DNA of 64,000 bases from Octopus sinensis (taxonomy: Eukaryota). Shown here piece by piece: positions 1-12,350 of this stretch. The notes under the pieces are model-generated. The model did not search any database. It was not told where the DNA came from and saw nothing but the letters and a program-made list of their open reading frames with translations. The DNA is taken from positions 29,822,001-29,886,000 of the forward strand of contig NC_043015.1 in assembly GCF_006345805.1 (NCBI RefSeq), written 5' to 3'. Made by a program: the position numbers and the translations under genes. Every line of letters starts with the position of its first letter. Position 1 is the first letter of the stretch.

Positions 1-597
1 GGAAAAAAAAAACAACTCTGAAAATCACTTACCTCCCCACCCCAAATACAATAATGACAAAAGTATGATAAACTTACCATTATCAAAATGGTGAAGATAT
101 GTGAACTTTCCACAAATTCGTTAATAGCAACAGGTACCGTAGAAATATCTACTTTCAAGTGTTCTAGTAATTGGTTGTCATTCGAGTTATTCTAATATCT
201 GTTCACTTCTGATCTGATATCCTTACACAACTGCTTCAGTAATAAGTTCACAGATGTACTTATATCTATTCACTGGTGTTCTGGGAATATGTTAAAAACA
301 GGTGTTGTTCTGCGATCAAAGGGTTTCCACAGATTTTTGTTCAGTCGTTCTGTCTGTTCAGAGATGTTCTACCAATAATTAGTGTCTGTTTACATCTGTC
401 CTAGTAAACACATTCATAGGTGTTTGCTAGTGTTAACAGGTGGGCGAGTGAGAAAGAGCCTGTAAAATACAATAATATAAAGATCTGAAAATAGAGACAA
501 CCAAAACGAGGAGATTATAAAAACAGAAACAATCCCTATAATTATAAATGTGTGGGGTACAATTAAAGAAAAAAATCCAGGTAAATATATATACAAA

Positions 598-638
<41 letters not shown>

Positions 639-639
639 C

Positions 640-957
640 TGGCTTCCGTACCCATGGCACGTAAAAGGGCACCACTCGAGTATGATCGTTACCAACGTCG
701 CCTCACTGGCACGTGTAAATAGATTCGAGCAAGGTCATTGCCAGTACTGCCTGATTGGCCCCCGTGCCAGTGGCACGTAAAAAGCACCCACTACACTCTC
801 GGAGTGGTTCGCGTTATGAAGGGCATCCAGCTGTAGAAACTCTGCCAGATCAAGATTGGAGCCTGGTGCAGCCATCTGGTTCGCCAGCCCTCAGTCAAAA
901 TCTTCCAACCCATGCTAGCATGGAAAGCGGACATTAAACGACGATGATGATGATGAT
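640..957 (+). mobile_element. Family C element (RTE-type 3' end with (GAT)n tail)
   Basis: ggcacgtaaaaagcacccactacactctcggagtggtt...gaagggcatccagctgtagaaac...ccaacccatgctagcatggaaagcggacattaaacgacgatgatgat. Confidence 0.85.
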
Positions 958-1371
958 ATATATATACACACAACATACAGAGAACTTGTGCTATTAGGCA
1001 TTGCATACAAATAGACACAATATAGCATGTGTGTATGTGTGTGTGTGTGTGTGCATATGGGTGCAAATATTGATATTCCATAAAGTCACTTGTCACCAGT
1101 TGAGTGATATAAGAAGATATATTTGCATGCTTTATTTATATTTATTCAGCACTTTCAATGACCTTTGGGATAAAAAGAAAAAAATACATCCACTTTTCCA
1201 TGCTTCCATGGGTCAGTATTCAACCCCAGTATTCAACTGATATCTATTTTATCGACCCTGAAAGTATGAAAAGTAAAGTCGACCTTGGCAGGATTTGAAC
1301 TCGGAATGTAAAGACAGACAAAATGCCACTCAGCATTTTGACCAGCGTGTTAATAAGTCAGCCAGCAGGCC

Positions 1372-1490
1372 TACTACTACTACTACTACCATCACCACCA
1401 CAACTACAACTACTACTACTAATAATAATAATAATAATAATGATAATAATAATGATAATAATAATAATGATAATAATAATAATAATGATG

Positions 1491-1532
<42 letters not shown>

Positions 1533-1594
1533 TGATGATAATGATAATAATAATAATGATAATAATGATGATAATAATAATAATAATAATGATG

Positions 1595-1634
<40 letters not shown>

Positions 1635-1698
1635 CAATGATAATAATAATAATATAATAATAATAATAATGATAATAATAATAATAATAATAATAATC
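1372..1698. repeat. (ACT)n/(AAT)n/(GAT) trinucleotide microsatellite
   Basis: Directly visible. Confidence 0.95.
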
Positions 1699-2236
1699 TA
1701 ATGATATTTTATTACATTTTTGACTAAAATACTTCAGCTTCCATTAGAGTGAATAAAGTTCAAGGCAGCCTTGTATAATTTCAGTTAATGCCACCATCAA
1801 CTGCTAACAAGAAGAAAAGTGAACAAAAAAATTAAAAAAATTTTTTTTTTTAATTCTTTGAAATTAAGCTTGGTTTTCAATCTCTTTTCTTTATGACTTT
1901 TCCACACATTCATTTTTTAATTAACAAAGAACAAGGCGTTCTTTACGAGTTTGGAAGTGTTGGTTCTATGTCTAATTACCATGGCAGCTGGTTAGTGTGG
2001 TATTGTGAGAGAGAATTATAGTGAAGAGCTTTATTTGTAACCAGTAATTGCACAGTGCTGCCGCCAACTGTTGAAAACAATCATGAATGGTAGACTCGGT
2101 AGAGCAACCAACGAAATGCACAACAGGTATTTTATCTTATTTTATCTTTTACTTATTCCAATCATTGGACTATGTCAATGCTTGGTCACTGCCTTGAAGT
2201 GTTTAATTGAACACTGGCAACAATCACGCTCGTATA

Positions 2237-2281
<45 letters not shown>

Positions 2282-2282
<1 letters not shown>

Positions 2283-2710
2283 CATATCATGTATCATATG
2301 AAGAAAGGCTGAAGATGCTTGACCTTTATTCTCTCGAAAAACAACGACACCGTAGTGATCTCATTCTCGCTCACAACATCATAAGCAGAAAGTGTAACCT
2401 CTCAAAAGAGCTGTTCTTCACTCCTGCTCCGGAGCGTGGGCTGCGGGGTCACTCCGAAAAGCTCTATCTATGACGATTTCATCTCAATCAAAGGAGAGGG
2501 GTTTTCTCCGTCCAGGTTGCGGATCCATGGAATAAGCTGCCGGACAAGATAGTGAAGATGCCGACGACCGCACGGTTCAAAGTCTCTCTTGACCAGAAAT
2601 GGCTTGAAGTCTTTGTATGACCACCCTCCCTGTACATAACTCCATGTCCCCCTACATGGCCTTGTTTTTGCTTTTTGAGCCAATAAAAATTGAATTGAAT
2701 TGAATTGAAT
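2282..2710 (+). mobile_element. CR1-type LINE 3' fragment
   Basis: SYEERLKMLDLYSLEKQRHRSDLI...RGLRGHSEKL...PWNKLP...FKVSLD, followed by a (GAATT)n tail. Confidence 0.85.
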
Positions 2711-3970
2711 ATCATCATCACCATTTAACGTCTGTTGTCCAGGCTGGCATGGGGTGGATAGTTTGACCAGAGCTGGAAAGCTGGAGAGCTGCACCAACTC
2801 CAGTCTGATTTGGCATGGTTTCTATGACTGGATGCCCTTCTTAATACTAACCACTCTACAGAGGGTGCTGGGTGCTTTTATGTGGCACTGCATAGACATT
2901 CTTACCTGGCACTGCATGGGTGCTTATACATGGCGCCACACAGGCACTTTTACAAGACATGAAACAGGCACTTTTTTGTGACACTGCAGAGTGCTTTTAT
3001 GTGACACTGCACAGGCACTTTTTTGTACCACTGCAGAGTGTTTTTCATGTGGAACCAGCCCAGGACTCTAGCAGGTCAATCCTCATCACCAAGGAGACTG
3101 GTCTTAACACTTCTGCTGCAGAGTACGGATCTTCTTAAGTACAGCTTAAGTGAAACTAAAGCAGCTAACTCTGCATTTGATGTTAATTAGAAATGTTGCT
3201 TTTATGTATATACTTGTATTAAAATCATTTTCTCTTACGAAATCCTTTTTAAGTACAGCTTATTATTTACTGCACATATTAAAGATTGCTTACATCATTG
3301 CAGCCTTTCTATCTAATCTAATCTGTGAAGTCAAAACTACAATAAGGTAAGCAATGCAACTACAAGCATCAGGTGGTATAGAGTTGGAGACTATGAACTA
3401 TTTGGTTCACTGAAAGCAGTTGATAAGTTTTGTTATGCTGGTGACACAAATCATTATCATCATCATCATCATCATCATCATCGTTTAACGTCCGCTTTCC
3501 ATGCTAGCACGGGTTGGACGGTTCGACCAGGGTCTGGGAAGCCAGGAGGGTGCGCCAGGCTCCAGTCTGATCTGGCAGTGTTTCTACAGCTGGATGCCCT
3601 TCCTAACGCCAACCGTGAGTGTAGTGGGTGCTTTTTACATGCCACCGGCACAGGTGCCAGGGGAGTCTGGCAGCGGCCACGATCGGTTGGTGCTTTTTAC
3701 GCGCCACCGGCACAGAAGCCAGTCGAAACAGAAAATTACGATAACACTGGCCACCCACCTCACAGTCATAACAAATCATCTACCACCCTTATGATATCAA
3801 TGTAAGATGGGAAATAGTTGTAACCAAGCCATAACCATCACTTGGCTGCTATTTTTAGCACATCAAGTGACTACATAGAGGCTCCTTCATTGGCTTATAT
3901 TGTGTAGTGTAGTGTTATAGTGTGATATTATGTAATGATGTGTTGTATACAGTTGTCTAGTACAGCATTA

Positions 3971-4240
3971 CTCTCTTTTACTTGTTTCAGTCTTTTGACT
4001 GTGGCCATGCTGGAGCACCGCCTTTAGTCGAGCAAATCGACCCCGGGACTTATTCTTTGTAAGCCCAGTACTTATTCTATCGGTCTCTTTCAGTTTCCGT
4101 CTACCAAATCCACTCACAAGGCTTTGGTCGGCCCGAGATTATAGTAGAAGACACTTGCCCAAGGTGCCACGCAGTGGGACTGAACCCGGAACCATGTGGT
4201 TGGTAAGCAAGCTACTTACCACACAGCCACTCCTGCGCCT
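3971..4240 (-). mobile_element. Family B SINE, internally deleted
   Basis: Same head and tail as 6612-7032 without the middle. Confidence 0.85.
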
Positions 4241-4563
4241 CTACCTAAATGATTTTCCTTTCTTCATAACTTTCTGAAAAATGCACATTTTTGCAATGAA
4301 ATTTTGCAGAAATACGTTTTCAAGGTTGTAGATTATGATTAAGCTGACAAAATTTAAAGAAACGAAAATCGTATGAGAAGTTTCAAATCATTCTCCTCTC
4401 CCCGCTCCCGCACACACACACTCCTTCAATTTGTAATCATTACTTTCTGTAACGTTAGCATTTTCTTTTTTCTTTCTATTTCATATGATTGAAATATCAA
4501 CATTATGTAATCTACACTCTCTAAAACGTTTTTTGCAAAAATGCCATTTGATGCATTTTTAAA

Positions 4564-4968
4564 GGATCTTTTTGGTTTGAACGGCAGTTTTTTCTAGCGG
4601 TGTCATATGAAATTGTCACCCATAATTATGACCCTAGTATCGACTATTGCATTTCAATCTGTTTTAGGGTTAGGGTTAGGGGTAGGGGGAAGGGTATCTT
4701 TTTTTCTTCACAAATGTAAATAAACCCAACCTGTTTCTTAAACGAGGGACATATTCATACAGCACAGAATGTTTTCAGCTCAATAGACGTCATTGATTGG
4801 TTGAAATTGAAGAAAAAATAACAAATATCTTACAAATTATAGAATTTTCTCAATAAAGCCAAGAGAAAAAGATGTTTTATAAACACATTCTACCAGTATA
4901 CGAAGTTTAAAAGTGTTTAGTTACGTGGAAATTATTTTTAAAAACTACCGTTCAAACCGAAAAGATCC
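4564..4968. mobile_element. MITE with about 28-bp terminal inverted repeats
   Basis: ggatctttttggtttgaacggcagtttt ... aaaactaccgttcaaaccgaaaagatcc; a second copy lies at 8966-9351. Confidence 0.85.
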
Positions 4969-5189
4969 CTCAATGCTTATTTAAAAGAAATAGCACTCTA
5001 CATTTCAAATTGTAATGCATAGATTTTTTTTTTTTCTTTTTTTGTTATTTAAACTTTTTAGTCAAGAGGAAAGATAGCACTCGTGATAGTTATAGGACCC
5101 CCGAGACTAGTATGAGGGAGGGAAAGAAGGAAGAAAGAACGAAATTATCCCCAAATCAAGGGCCTGGCCCGAATGCTTGCAACAGAGTG

Positions 5190-5266
5190 GAGTTCGAAAA
5201 GGGCAAAAGCTCGCTCGATCTCGATTTTCAGTACGAATAGGGACTGCGAAAGCGTGGTCCATCGAT
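5190..5266 (+). rRNA. Isolated 28S rRNA fragment (pseudogenic)
   Basis: gggcaaaagctcgctcgatctcgattttcagtacgaatagggactgcgaaagcgtggtccatcgat resembles the recalled conserved LSU segment GGGCAAAAGCTCGCTTGATCTTGATTTTCAGTACGAATAC...GAAAGCG. Flanks are not rDNA. Confidence 0.75.
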
Positions 5267-6611
5267 GTTAAATCGAATGACGTGTGCATGAATGAATGGA
5301 TGGATGGATGGACGGATGGCTAGCTAGAAAAGCAGAGAGACAGAAAGGTACTTGTTTATGTATATTCCTCTACAGAGTTATGGTACGTGTTATGGTGTTA
5401 GGGAAGATAAATATGTGCTTCGGAAAGAACTGGATAAATATGAAAGATATACATTTCATATGCGTATGTACATTGCATCAGTGTGTAAGCAAAACCATGT
5501 GGTTTAATTACGGGGTCCATTTACCCAGTGAGGCTGTGTGTAAATTCAAACGTCCGTATGCGAACATTTTATCCATATAAGTCCTCACCGACTTCTTAGC
5601 AAATGTCGCCTTCAACAGGGCACGAAAATGAAAGTAAATATATGAAAAATTCGTTACGCAAATTGCCGAAGATTTCGACCATCAACGAAACATCGCCATA
5701 GATTAAATATTAAGGATAGATGGACGAATATAGGGATGTAGACAGACAAGTTCAAAGCACGATGGAACTGATGATAGGTTTGTGTAGTCAAAAGGTACAC
5801 AGTGAAATTAGTGGTTTTCCTTTTTCTCATCACAGAGTACCGACTTATCCAAACTCACGAATTTCACTGATAGGCAGATAGATAGATGGACGAATAGACA
5901 TAAACAGACAAATAAATATATGCTTCGAAAGACAGAGAGAGTGGGGAAGAGAGTACAGTTAAATTAACATGAAATCGGACAAATAATTGCAATACATAGA
6001 ATATTTCAGTGGACAGTACCTTAAAAATTATAAACGGAATTATTCTGTTTATCAGTAATTGGGAATGAGAGCGCACTGTCAATCAGAAACGGTTCCTTAA
6101 TTGGCTTCGATTCATAATTAGCTAATTACGACAATACTGCACTCTGCTCCACTGCCACAGAGAAAATATGGCAAAAAAAAGAAATGATTTTAGAAAAATG
6201 ATACACACGTGCTTTTTGTTAATAAGGCGTGAAATTTAGAAGACAGAATACTCCTGCTTCGTCGTCGCCATCTCTACGTGACTTAATACGCAGATTTTGA
6301 TGACGAAGAAAGCAAATTAGAAAGAAGAGAAATTAGATGTGAGAGAAAGAGAGAAGGGAATAGAGAGAAAAGTGGAGATAAAGATAAGAGAGAGTAAAGA
6401 AGAAAAAAAAAGGTGTAGGTGTTTTAGTGTTACGTTATAACCATCACGCCCACCATGGGCTTTATTTTAGTGGTTGATTTAGTTAACAATAGTTATTATA
6501 TAAGAGTGAAAGTACTCGAAATAACGTGACGGAGTGAGGCGATTGCGACAAACAGGGGAGACAATTCTGGGCATGTTTCTCTCTTCACCGCATTGGTATT
6601 TCTTATTGGAT

Positions 6612-6824
6612 CTCTTTTACTCTTTTACTTGTTTCAGTCATTTTGACCGCGGCCATGCTGGAGCACCGCCTTTTTTGTCGAGCAAATCGACCCCGGGACT
6701 AATTCTTTGTAAGCCCAGTACTTATTCTATCGGTTCTCTTTCGCCGAACCGCTAAGTAACGGGGACGTAAACACACCAGCATCGGATGTCAAGCAATGCT
6801 AGGAGGACAAACACAGACACACAA

Positions 6825-6861
<37 letters not shown>

Positions 6862-7032
6862 CATATATACGACAGGCTTCTTTCAGTTTCCGTCTACCAA
6901 ATCCACTCACAATGCATTGGTCGGCCCGGGGCTATAGTAGAAGACACTTGCCCAAGATGCCACGCAGTGGGACTAAACCCGGAACCATGTGGTTGGTTAG
7001 CAAGCTACTTACCACACAGCCACTCCTGCGCC
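6612..7032 (-). mobile_element. tRNA-derived CORE-type SINE (family B; OR2-like), full length
   Basis: Minus-strand head ggcgcaggagtggctgtgtggtaag...gggtttagtccc (A/B boxes), CORE-like cttgggcaagtgtctt, internal microsatellite, and tail ggcggtgctccagcatggccgc...gactgaaacaagtaaaagag. Confidence 0.85.
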
Positions 7033-7575
7033 TAATATTCTGTATTAAAAAATGATTTTTTTCACCCATAGAGCTAACATCTCTCAGTAATTAATCTTCG
7101 TGATTACTTTCTCTAAATATGCCAGTTTTCCACACCAATTCGAGTTGCATTACGGTAATTCAAATTAGTAATTCCTGTATTACTACTTCCGGAAGGACAA
7201 TGAAAGCCACATAGCTGAGGAGGTCAAATAAAACCGAAACACGTGGAGTTGTCTTCTGTCTGTATGGAAATGAATAAGACAATAACAGTCATTGCACTAA
7301 TGTCCTCTGCTCCTCAGTTCATTAGTATTTCTATTTATCGTGAAGTATGTTTGCCTCCTATTCCACTGCTGGTTTTCATTAAGTTTTCAGAGTAATGAAC
7401 TTCAGTTTGTCGTGTGTGCTTACGTCAGTAGTTAACACATTCAATTATTCAGTTGTGTGTGTGTGTGTGTATGTATATATATATATATATATTATATATA
7501 TATATATATATAATATATATATATGTGTGTGGTGTTGTGTGTGTGTGTGTTGTGTGTGTGTGTGTGTGTGTGTGT

Positions 7576-7609
<34 letters not shown>

Positions 7610-7614
<5 letters not shown>

Positions 7615-7780
7615 ATCCAAACAAGAAAACAAAAACCAAAAAACAACAACGCAAGGACGTGGAACAAAAAAGTATTATTGGACGCTCAGGAAAGAAGGGA
7701 CGAAGGAGGGTTTGACGTTTCGAGCGGAGCTCTTCGTCAGAAACATAGGAGAAGGAAAGATCCCGAGAAGGGAAGACAAG

Positions 7781-7783
<3 letters not shown>
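7610..7783 (-). mobile_element. Short PLE-type non-autonomous element carrying the hammerhead, inserted in (TA)n
   Basis: About 170 bp of unique sequence flanked by (TA)n on both sides; related to 44341-44528 (shared tattantnnacrctcaggaa segment followed by a hammerhead). Confidence 0.6.
7710..7744 (-). ncRNA. Minimal type I hammerhead ribozyme motif
   Basis: Minus strand: gttt CTGACGA a gagc-tcc-gctc GAAAC GTC aaac. Stem I gttt/aaac, intact core, stem II, palindromic AC/GT stem III, GUC triplet. Confidence 0.8.
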
Positions 7784-7816
<33 letters not shown>

Positions 7817-8965
7817 AGACAGGAGTTCTCTACATAGAATGCACTTCAAATTGCTCAAGATTTGAACTTGAGCCGGCAGGTGAGTAAATGTAATAACAAG
7901 CATGTCAGGTAAGTCAATTTACACAGGGAACGACCGGGGAATCCCATATATATATATATATATATATATCATTATCATCATTTAACGTCCGTTTTCCATG
8001 CTGGCATGAGTTGGACAGCTTGACAGGAGCTGGTAAACCAGAGAGCTACTCCAGGCTCCATTGTGTACTTCAGCGTGGTTTCTACGGCTGGATGCCCTCC
8101 CTAACACCAAGTACTTTACCGAGAGTCTCCACAGTTTGTTACCTGCATTATTTCTTTCTCCAACAGGAATCTCGCCTTTGTTGGGAATCTCTTGACATTT
8201 GGTAGTTTGTCTTCGTCTGTTGATGGTTTGTGATTGCTTAATTATTTATCAGAGATTTGATGATTAATATAGAACTAGGAGTTATCGTATGGCTGAATGT
8301 ATGATATTGTCGTCATAGAATTATGGGTGACTACAAACGGGATATCTATATTTGTATTTTTGTTTTCAACCGCATTGTGAGTATTTCTCCGTAAAGCAGA
8401 AATCAAAATTTCTTTTTCTTTGGTTATGGCATGATTTATTAGCTTTCGGGGGGTAATTCTGCTTTTTTGAAGGAATAATATATTTAGTTCTATCAATCAC
8501 TTTTCTCGTCTATTTGTGTATATAACTATCGAGCATGTATGTCTTGCCATATCGAATGGTATGTACCTTTTTTGTGTGGGAAGGATCGCAAAATCCAAAA
8601 CCCAGAATATTGATATGTGTCCGCGTCCCCGTAGTAGAGATCGGTTGTAAATTTCTTATTTTCTTTCATTTTTTAAATATTCACAAACAGGAGTTCCTTT
8701 TCATTCATTTCTATAATGAATTGGATCGATTCATGAATGCTGCTTATTGATTTAAAGAATCTCGCAAGGTCCTCCTTACATTTGTTTCCACAGTATTTTA
8801 GGCGACATCAGTCTAATTGTTACCCAATGATATTTCAGCTGCGATCATTCGTTCGTACAATTTCGAATAGAGTTTTCCATTACTTCCCACCGAAACACGG
8901 GTCGAGAGAGGTACTTCAACGTACAGACTAACGGGTTGGAAAGAATCACTTCGTCTACAATGCAC

Positions 8966-9351
8966 TTTTTCTAGCGGTGTCATATGAAATTGTCACCCAT
9001 AATTATGACCCTAGTATCGATCTATTGCATTTCAATCTGTTTTAGGGTTAGAGGTGGGGAGAAGGGTATCTTTTTTTCTTCAGAAATGTAAATAAACCCA
9101 ATCTGTTTCTTAAACGAGGGACATTTTCATACAGCACAGAATGTTTTCCGCTCAATAGACGTCATTGATTGGTTGAAATTGCAGAAATTGAAGAAAAAAG
9201 ATAACAAATATCTTAGAAACCATAGAATTTTCTCAATAAAGCCAAGAGAAAAAGATGTTTTATAAACACATTCTACCAGTATACGAAGTTTAAAAGTGTT
9301 TAGTTACGTGGAAATTATTTTTAAAAACTGCCGTTCAAACCGAAAAGATCC
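8966..9351. mobile_element. Second copy of the 4564-4968 MITE, left TIR missing
   Basis: Near-identical internal sequence and right TIR. Confidence 0.82.
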
Positions 9352-10019
9352 GGATATAGCCGTTTGAAAAACAAAAATCGCTGAAATAAGTACAAGACAG
9401 AGTACTGCAGACGTCGATAAAATCGTTTTAAATAATCTGAGGACGTTACTCCAGCACGGTTGCCATCTAATTAATAAACCCAGAAAAAATTAAATTAAAA
9501 TAAATGAAGAGATAATTAATGAAGGATTTCACCAAGGTGTTCAGCATGAAGTAAATATTAGATATGGTAAAGATTCTTTAAAGACAGAAAAGGGAAGCAA
9601 GCCCAACTACATCGGCCCAGTTACTATGAATGTTACAAGTGACCTTAACGCCACTTTAGGCAAGATGTTGAGCATATCAAGCAATATAGCATTTGTTTAT
9701 GTGTGAGTGTGTGTTTAATGAAGAAGTTGGCAGAGAAAGAATGAGTGAGAGAGAGAGAGAGAGTGAGTGAGAGAGAGAATGAAGAATTTTTACTTGGGGA
9801 AGCGAAAGCACAGCACAGATACAACATGCTCAAATCCCTCATCAGTTGTCGACCGAATGTCACTACAGTTTCCACACCTTCACCCTCCTCCTACACACAC
9901 ATACGCTCGTTATGTACGTACGTACGTATGCGCGTACGTACGTACATAGTACTACATATGTACGTACGTACATAGTACTACATATGTACGTACGTACATA
10001 CGTACGCATGAATGTATAC

Positions 10020-11356
10020 GAGACAAAGAGAAAGATAGAGCGTGAGTGAGAGAGAGAGAGAGAGAAACAGACAGACTAAGAAAGGTAAATAAACACTGCA
10101 AAAGACAGAAGCTTGCGGACAGGAAAAAAAAGCCGAAGAGGGAATGGAGAAGGTAAAAGAAAATGAAGTTATATAAAGAGTAAGAAAAATAGAAGAGAAG
10201 AAGAGAAGAAAGAAAAAGTAAAGAGAAAGAAAGAAGTAAGGAGAAAACTGGAAGAAGATGACGTGTAGAGAAAAGAAGTTGAGAAAGAGAGAGAGAGAGA
10301 GTAGTTAGTGATAGAAAGGGAGCGCGTGAGAGGGAAAGGAAGAACGAGTAAGAGGAAGAAAAAGGGAATGAGCAGGTGAAAATCCAATTAGGATGATCGT
10401 AGTGGGAGAAAATTTAGAGAAACATAAATTACGAGAGAGAGAGAGGAAGGATAGATAAAGAGTGAGTGAGAATGAGAGAGAAAGAGTAGGCAGAGAAAAG
10501 AGATACGAAGAGAGGAAGGGAGAGAAAAAAGAAATTGGCAGCGGGTGATTAGAGGATACAGGTGTAGTTGGTAGAGTGAAAGAAAGAGTGAATGTTGTGT
10601 GTGTGTGTGTGTGTGTGTTGTGGTCAAGGAAACACAAATAAAGGTGTGACGAAGTAAACAGAGGGAGAAAGAAAAGAGCAAGAGTGACGAGTAGAGAGAG
10701 AGGGAGAGAGAGAGAGAGCTAAAATAGTGGAGAGGAAGATGAGTGGGAATAAGCAAGGAGAGAGGGAGGTACTCAACGGTCCAGAGAAAAAAAATTGGAT
10801 AGAAAGGGTACTGAGGCAAAAGATTAGATAAAGGAAAGGTGAGAGTAGTTAAATGAGGCGAGTAGAGAGAAAAGGTAAAAGATATTCCATTGAAGAGAGA
10901 GAGAGAGAGTGAGAGAGTGAGGGAGGAATGGGAAAAAGAAAGAGTAAAAGAAAGACGACAGAGATGAGGTTCGAATAGTGAGAGAGTGAGTTAGAGGACA
11001 AATGAAAGATACGGAGAAAGCGAAGGATCGAAAACCTGGAATGGCAGAAGAGATGCTAGAGGTCGAGTGAAGAAGAAGAAGAAGAAGAGAAGAAGAGAAG
11101 AAGAAGAAGAAGAAGAATTGGAAGAAGAAGAAGAAGAAGAAGAAGAAGAAGAAGAATGGGGAGAAGAAGAAGAAGAAAGAGGAGAAGAAGAAGAAGAAAG
11201 AGAAGAAGAAGAAGAAAAGGAGAAGAAGAAGAAGAAAGAGGAGAAGAAGAAGAAGAAGAAAGAGGAGAAGAAGAAGAGAGCGAGAGAGAGATAGAAGAGG
11301 GGGAGCTAGCAGGTGAGGAGGATGAGTAGTTACAGGATAGGAAAGCAGTCGAGAGT

Positions 11357-11387
<31 letters not shown>

Positions 11388-11642
11388 AGGGGAAGAGAGA
11401 GTAGTTAATGAAGAAAACGGAAAAAGAGAGTGGGAAAGGTGGAGAACCGGGAAGTTAGAGACGGAAATCTTGGAGCTGTGGAGTGAGGAAAGTGGAGAGA
11501 ATGGAGAAGCAGAGAGAAGTGAGAGTTGACAGAGCAACAGCCAAAGAGTGTGAGCAATAAACAGAGCTAGAGGAATGGAGTGTAAGGGGGAATGAGGAGG
11601 GAATGAGGGAGAGGTAGAGAAAAGCAGAGTTGGAGAAAATGA

Positions 11643-11675
<33 letters not shown>

Positions 11676-12140
11676 GGTGAGAAATAGAAATGTAATGAGA
11701 GAGGTGAGTGCTGAAGAGGGATAGAGTGAGAGAGGATGAGCGAGAGATAGAAAGTGAAAAGTAGAAAGATACAGAGAGAGGAGAGCAACGTAGAGAGAGA
11801 GAGAGCAGATGAATGAACGATAGAGGAAGAAGGTGAAAAACAGAAACAGAGAGAGGGGAGTAACGAGGAGATACAGAGTCAGGAAGGATGAGAGACAGAG
11901 AGAGAGAGAGAGAAAGAGAAAGACGGTGAAAAGTAGAAAGACTCAAAGAAAGGAGAGCACCGAAGAATGACAGACTAAGAGAGGATGAGGGGGAGATAGA
12001 GAAAGATAGTGAGAATTAGAAAGATACTGAAAGAGAAGAGAGTTGAAGAAGGACAGAGTCAGAGTGGGTGAGTGGAGACACGGAAGAAAGAAAGGAAGGA
12101 CGGGAAAAAGTGGGGGCAAAAAAATAGAAGAACGAGGAAA
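10020..12140 (+). repeat. About 2.1-kb purine-rich low-complexity tract with (GAA)n core (about 11069-11277) and many (GA)n runs
   Basis: Strong purine strand bias is directly visible. Confidence 0.9.
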
Positions 12141-12331
12141 GCTGTCACCCGCCACCTTTGGTAGACCAAATATTTTGTTGGTGGGAGAGTTTTGGTTGAA
12201 GGTATCAGATGGGATTTACTGGTTTCTGCTGTATACATAACACGCATATTTATACATACAGTCCTACAGCAGACAGACGTATGTATGTATATATATTACA
12301 TACAGTTGAACTATTATAGCTAAACGCTTAC

Positions 12332-12350
12332 TGGGAAGCCAGAATCCCAT
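12332..12350 (-). CDS. Possible short first coding exon (MGFWLP + phase-1 intron) of a divergent gene
   Basis: Minus strand reads gacgagATGGGATTCTGGCTTCCCA|GTAAGC: good Kozak context and donor. It lies at the end of a unique, repeat-poor stretch (about 12.3-13.3 kb), head-to-head with AMMECR1. No homology recognised. Confidence 0.25.

Larger units (their letters stand above)
7260..8950 (-). mobile_element. Heavily decayed Penelope-like element (RT thumb, linker and start of GIY-YIG endonuclease), interrupted by younger insertions
   Basis: Minus-strand fragments in PLE order: EDLARFFKSISSIHESIQFIIEMNEKELLF; FTTDLYYGDADTYQY..CDPSHTKK..IPFDMAR; PRKLINHAITK..DIPFVVTHN; PNVKRFPTKARF..VTNCGD; SNLKC; IECVN..RQT. 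Confidence 0.65.

Noticed and set aside
4664-4682. (TTAGGG)3 telomere-like repeat
   Set aside because: It is internal to a MITE and shorter in the second copy; not a telomere or fusion site.
10824-11537. Poly-Glu/Lys and poly-Phe/Leu ORFs
   Set aside because: Translations of the (GAA)n/(GA)n tract.
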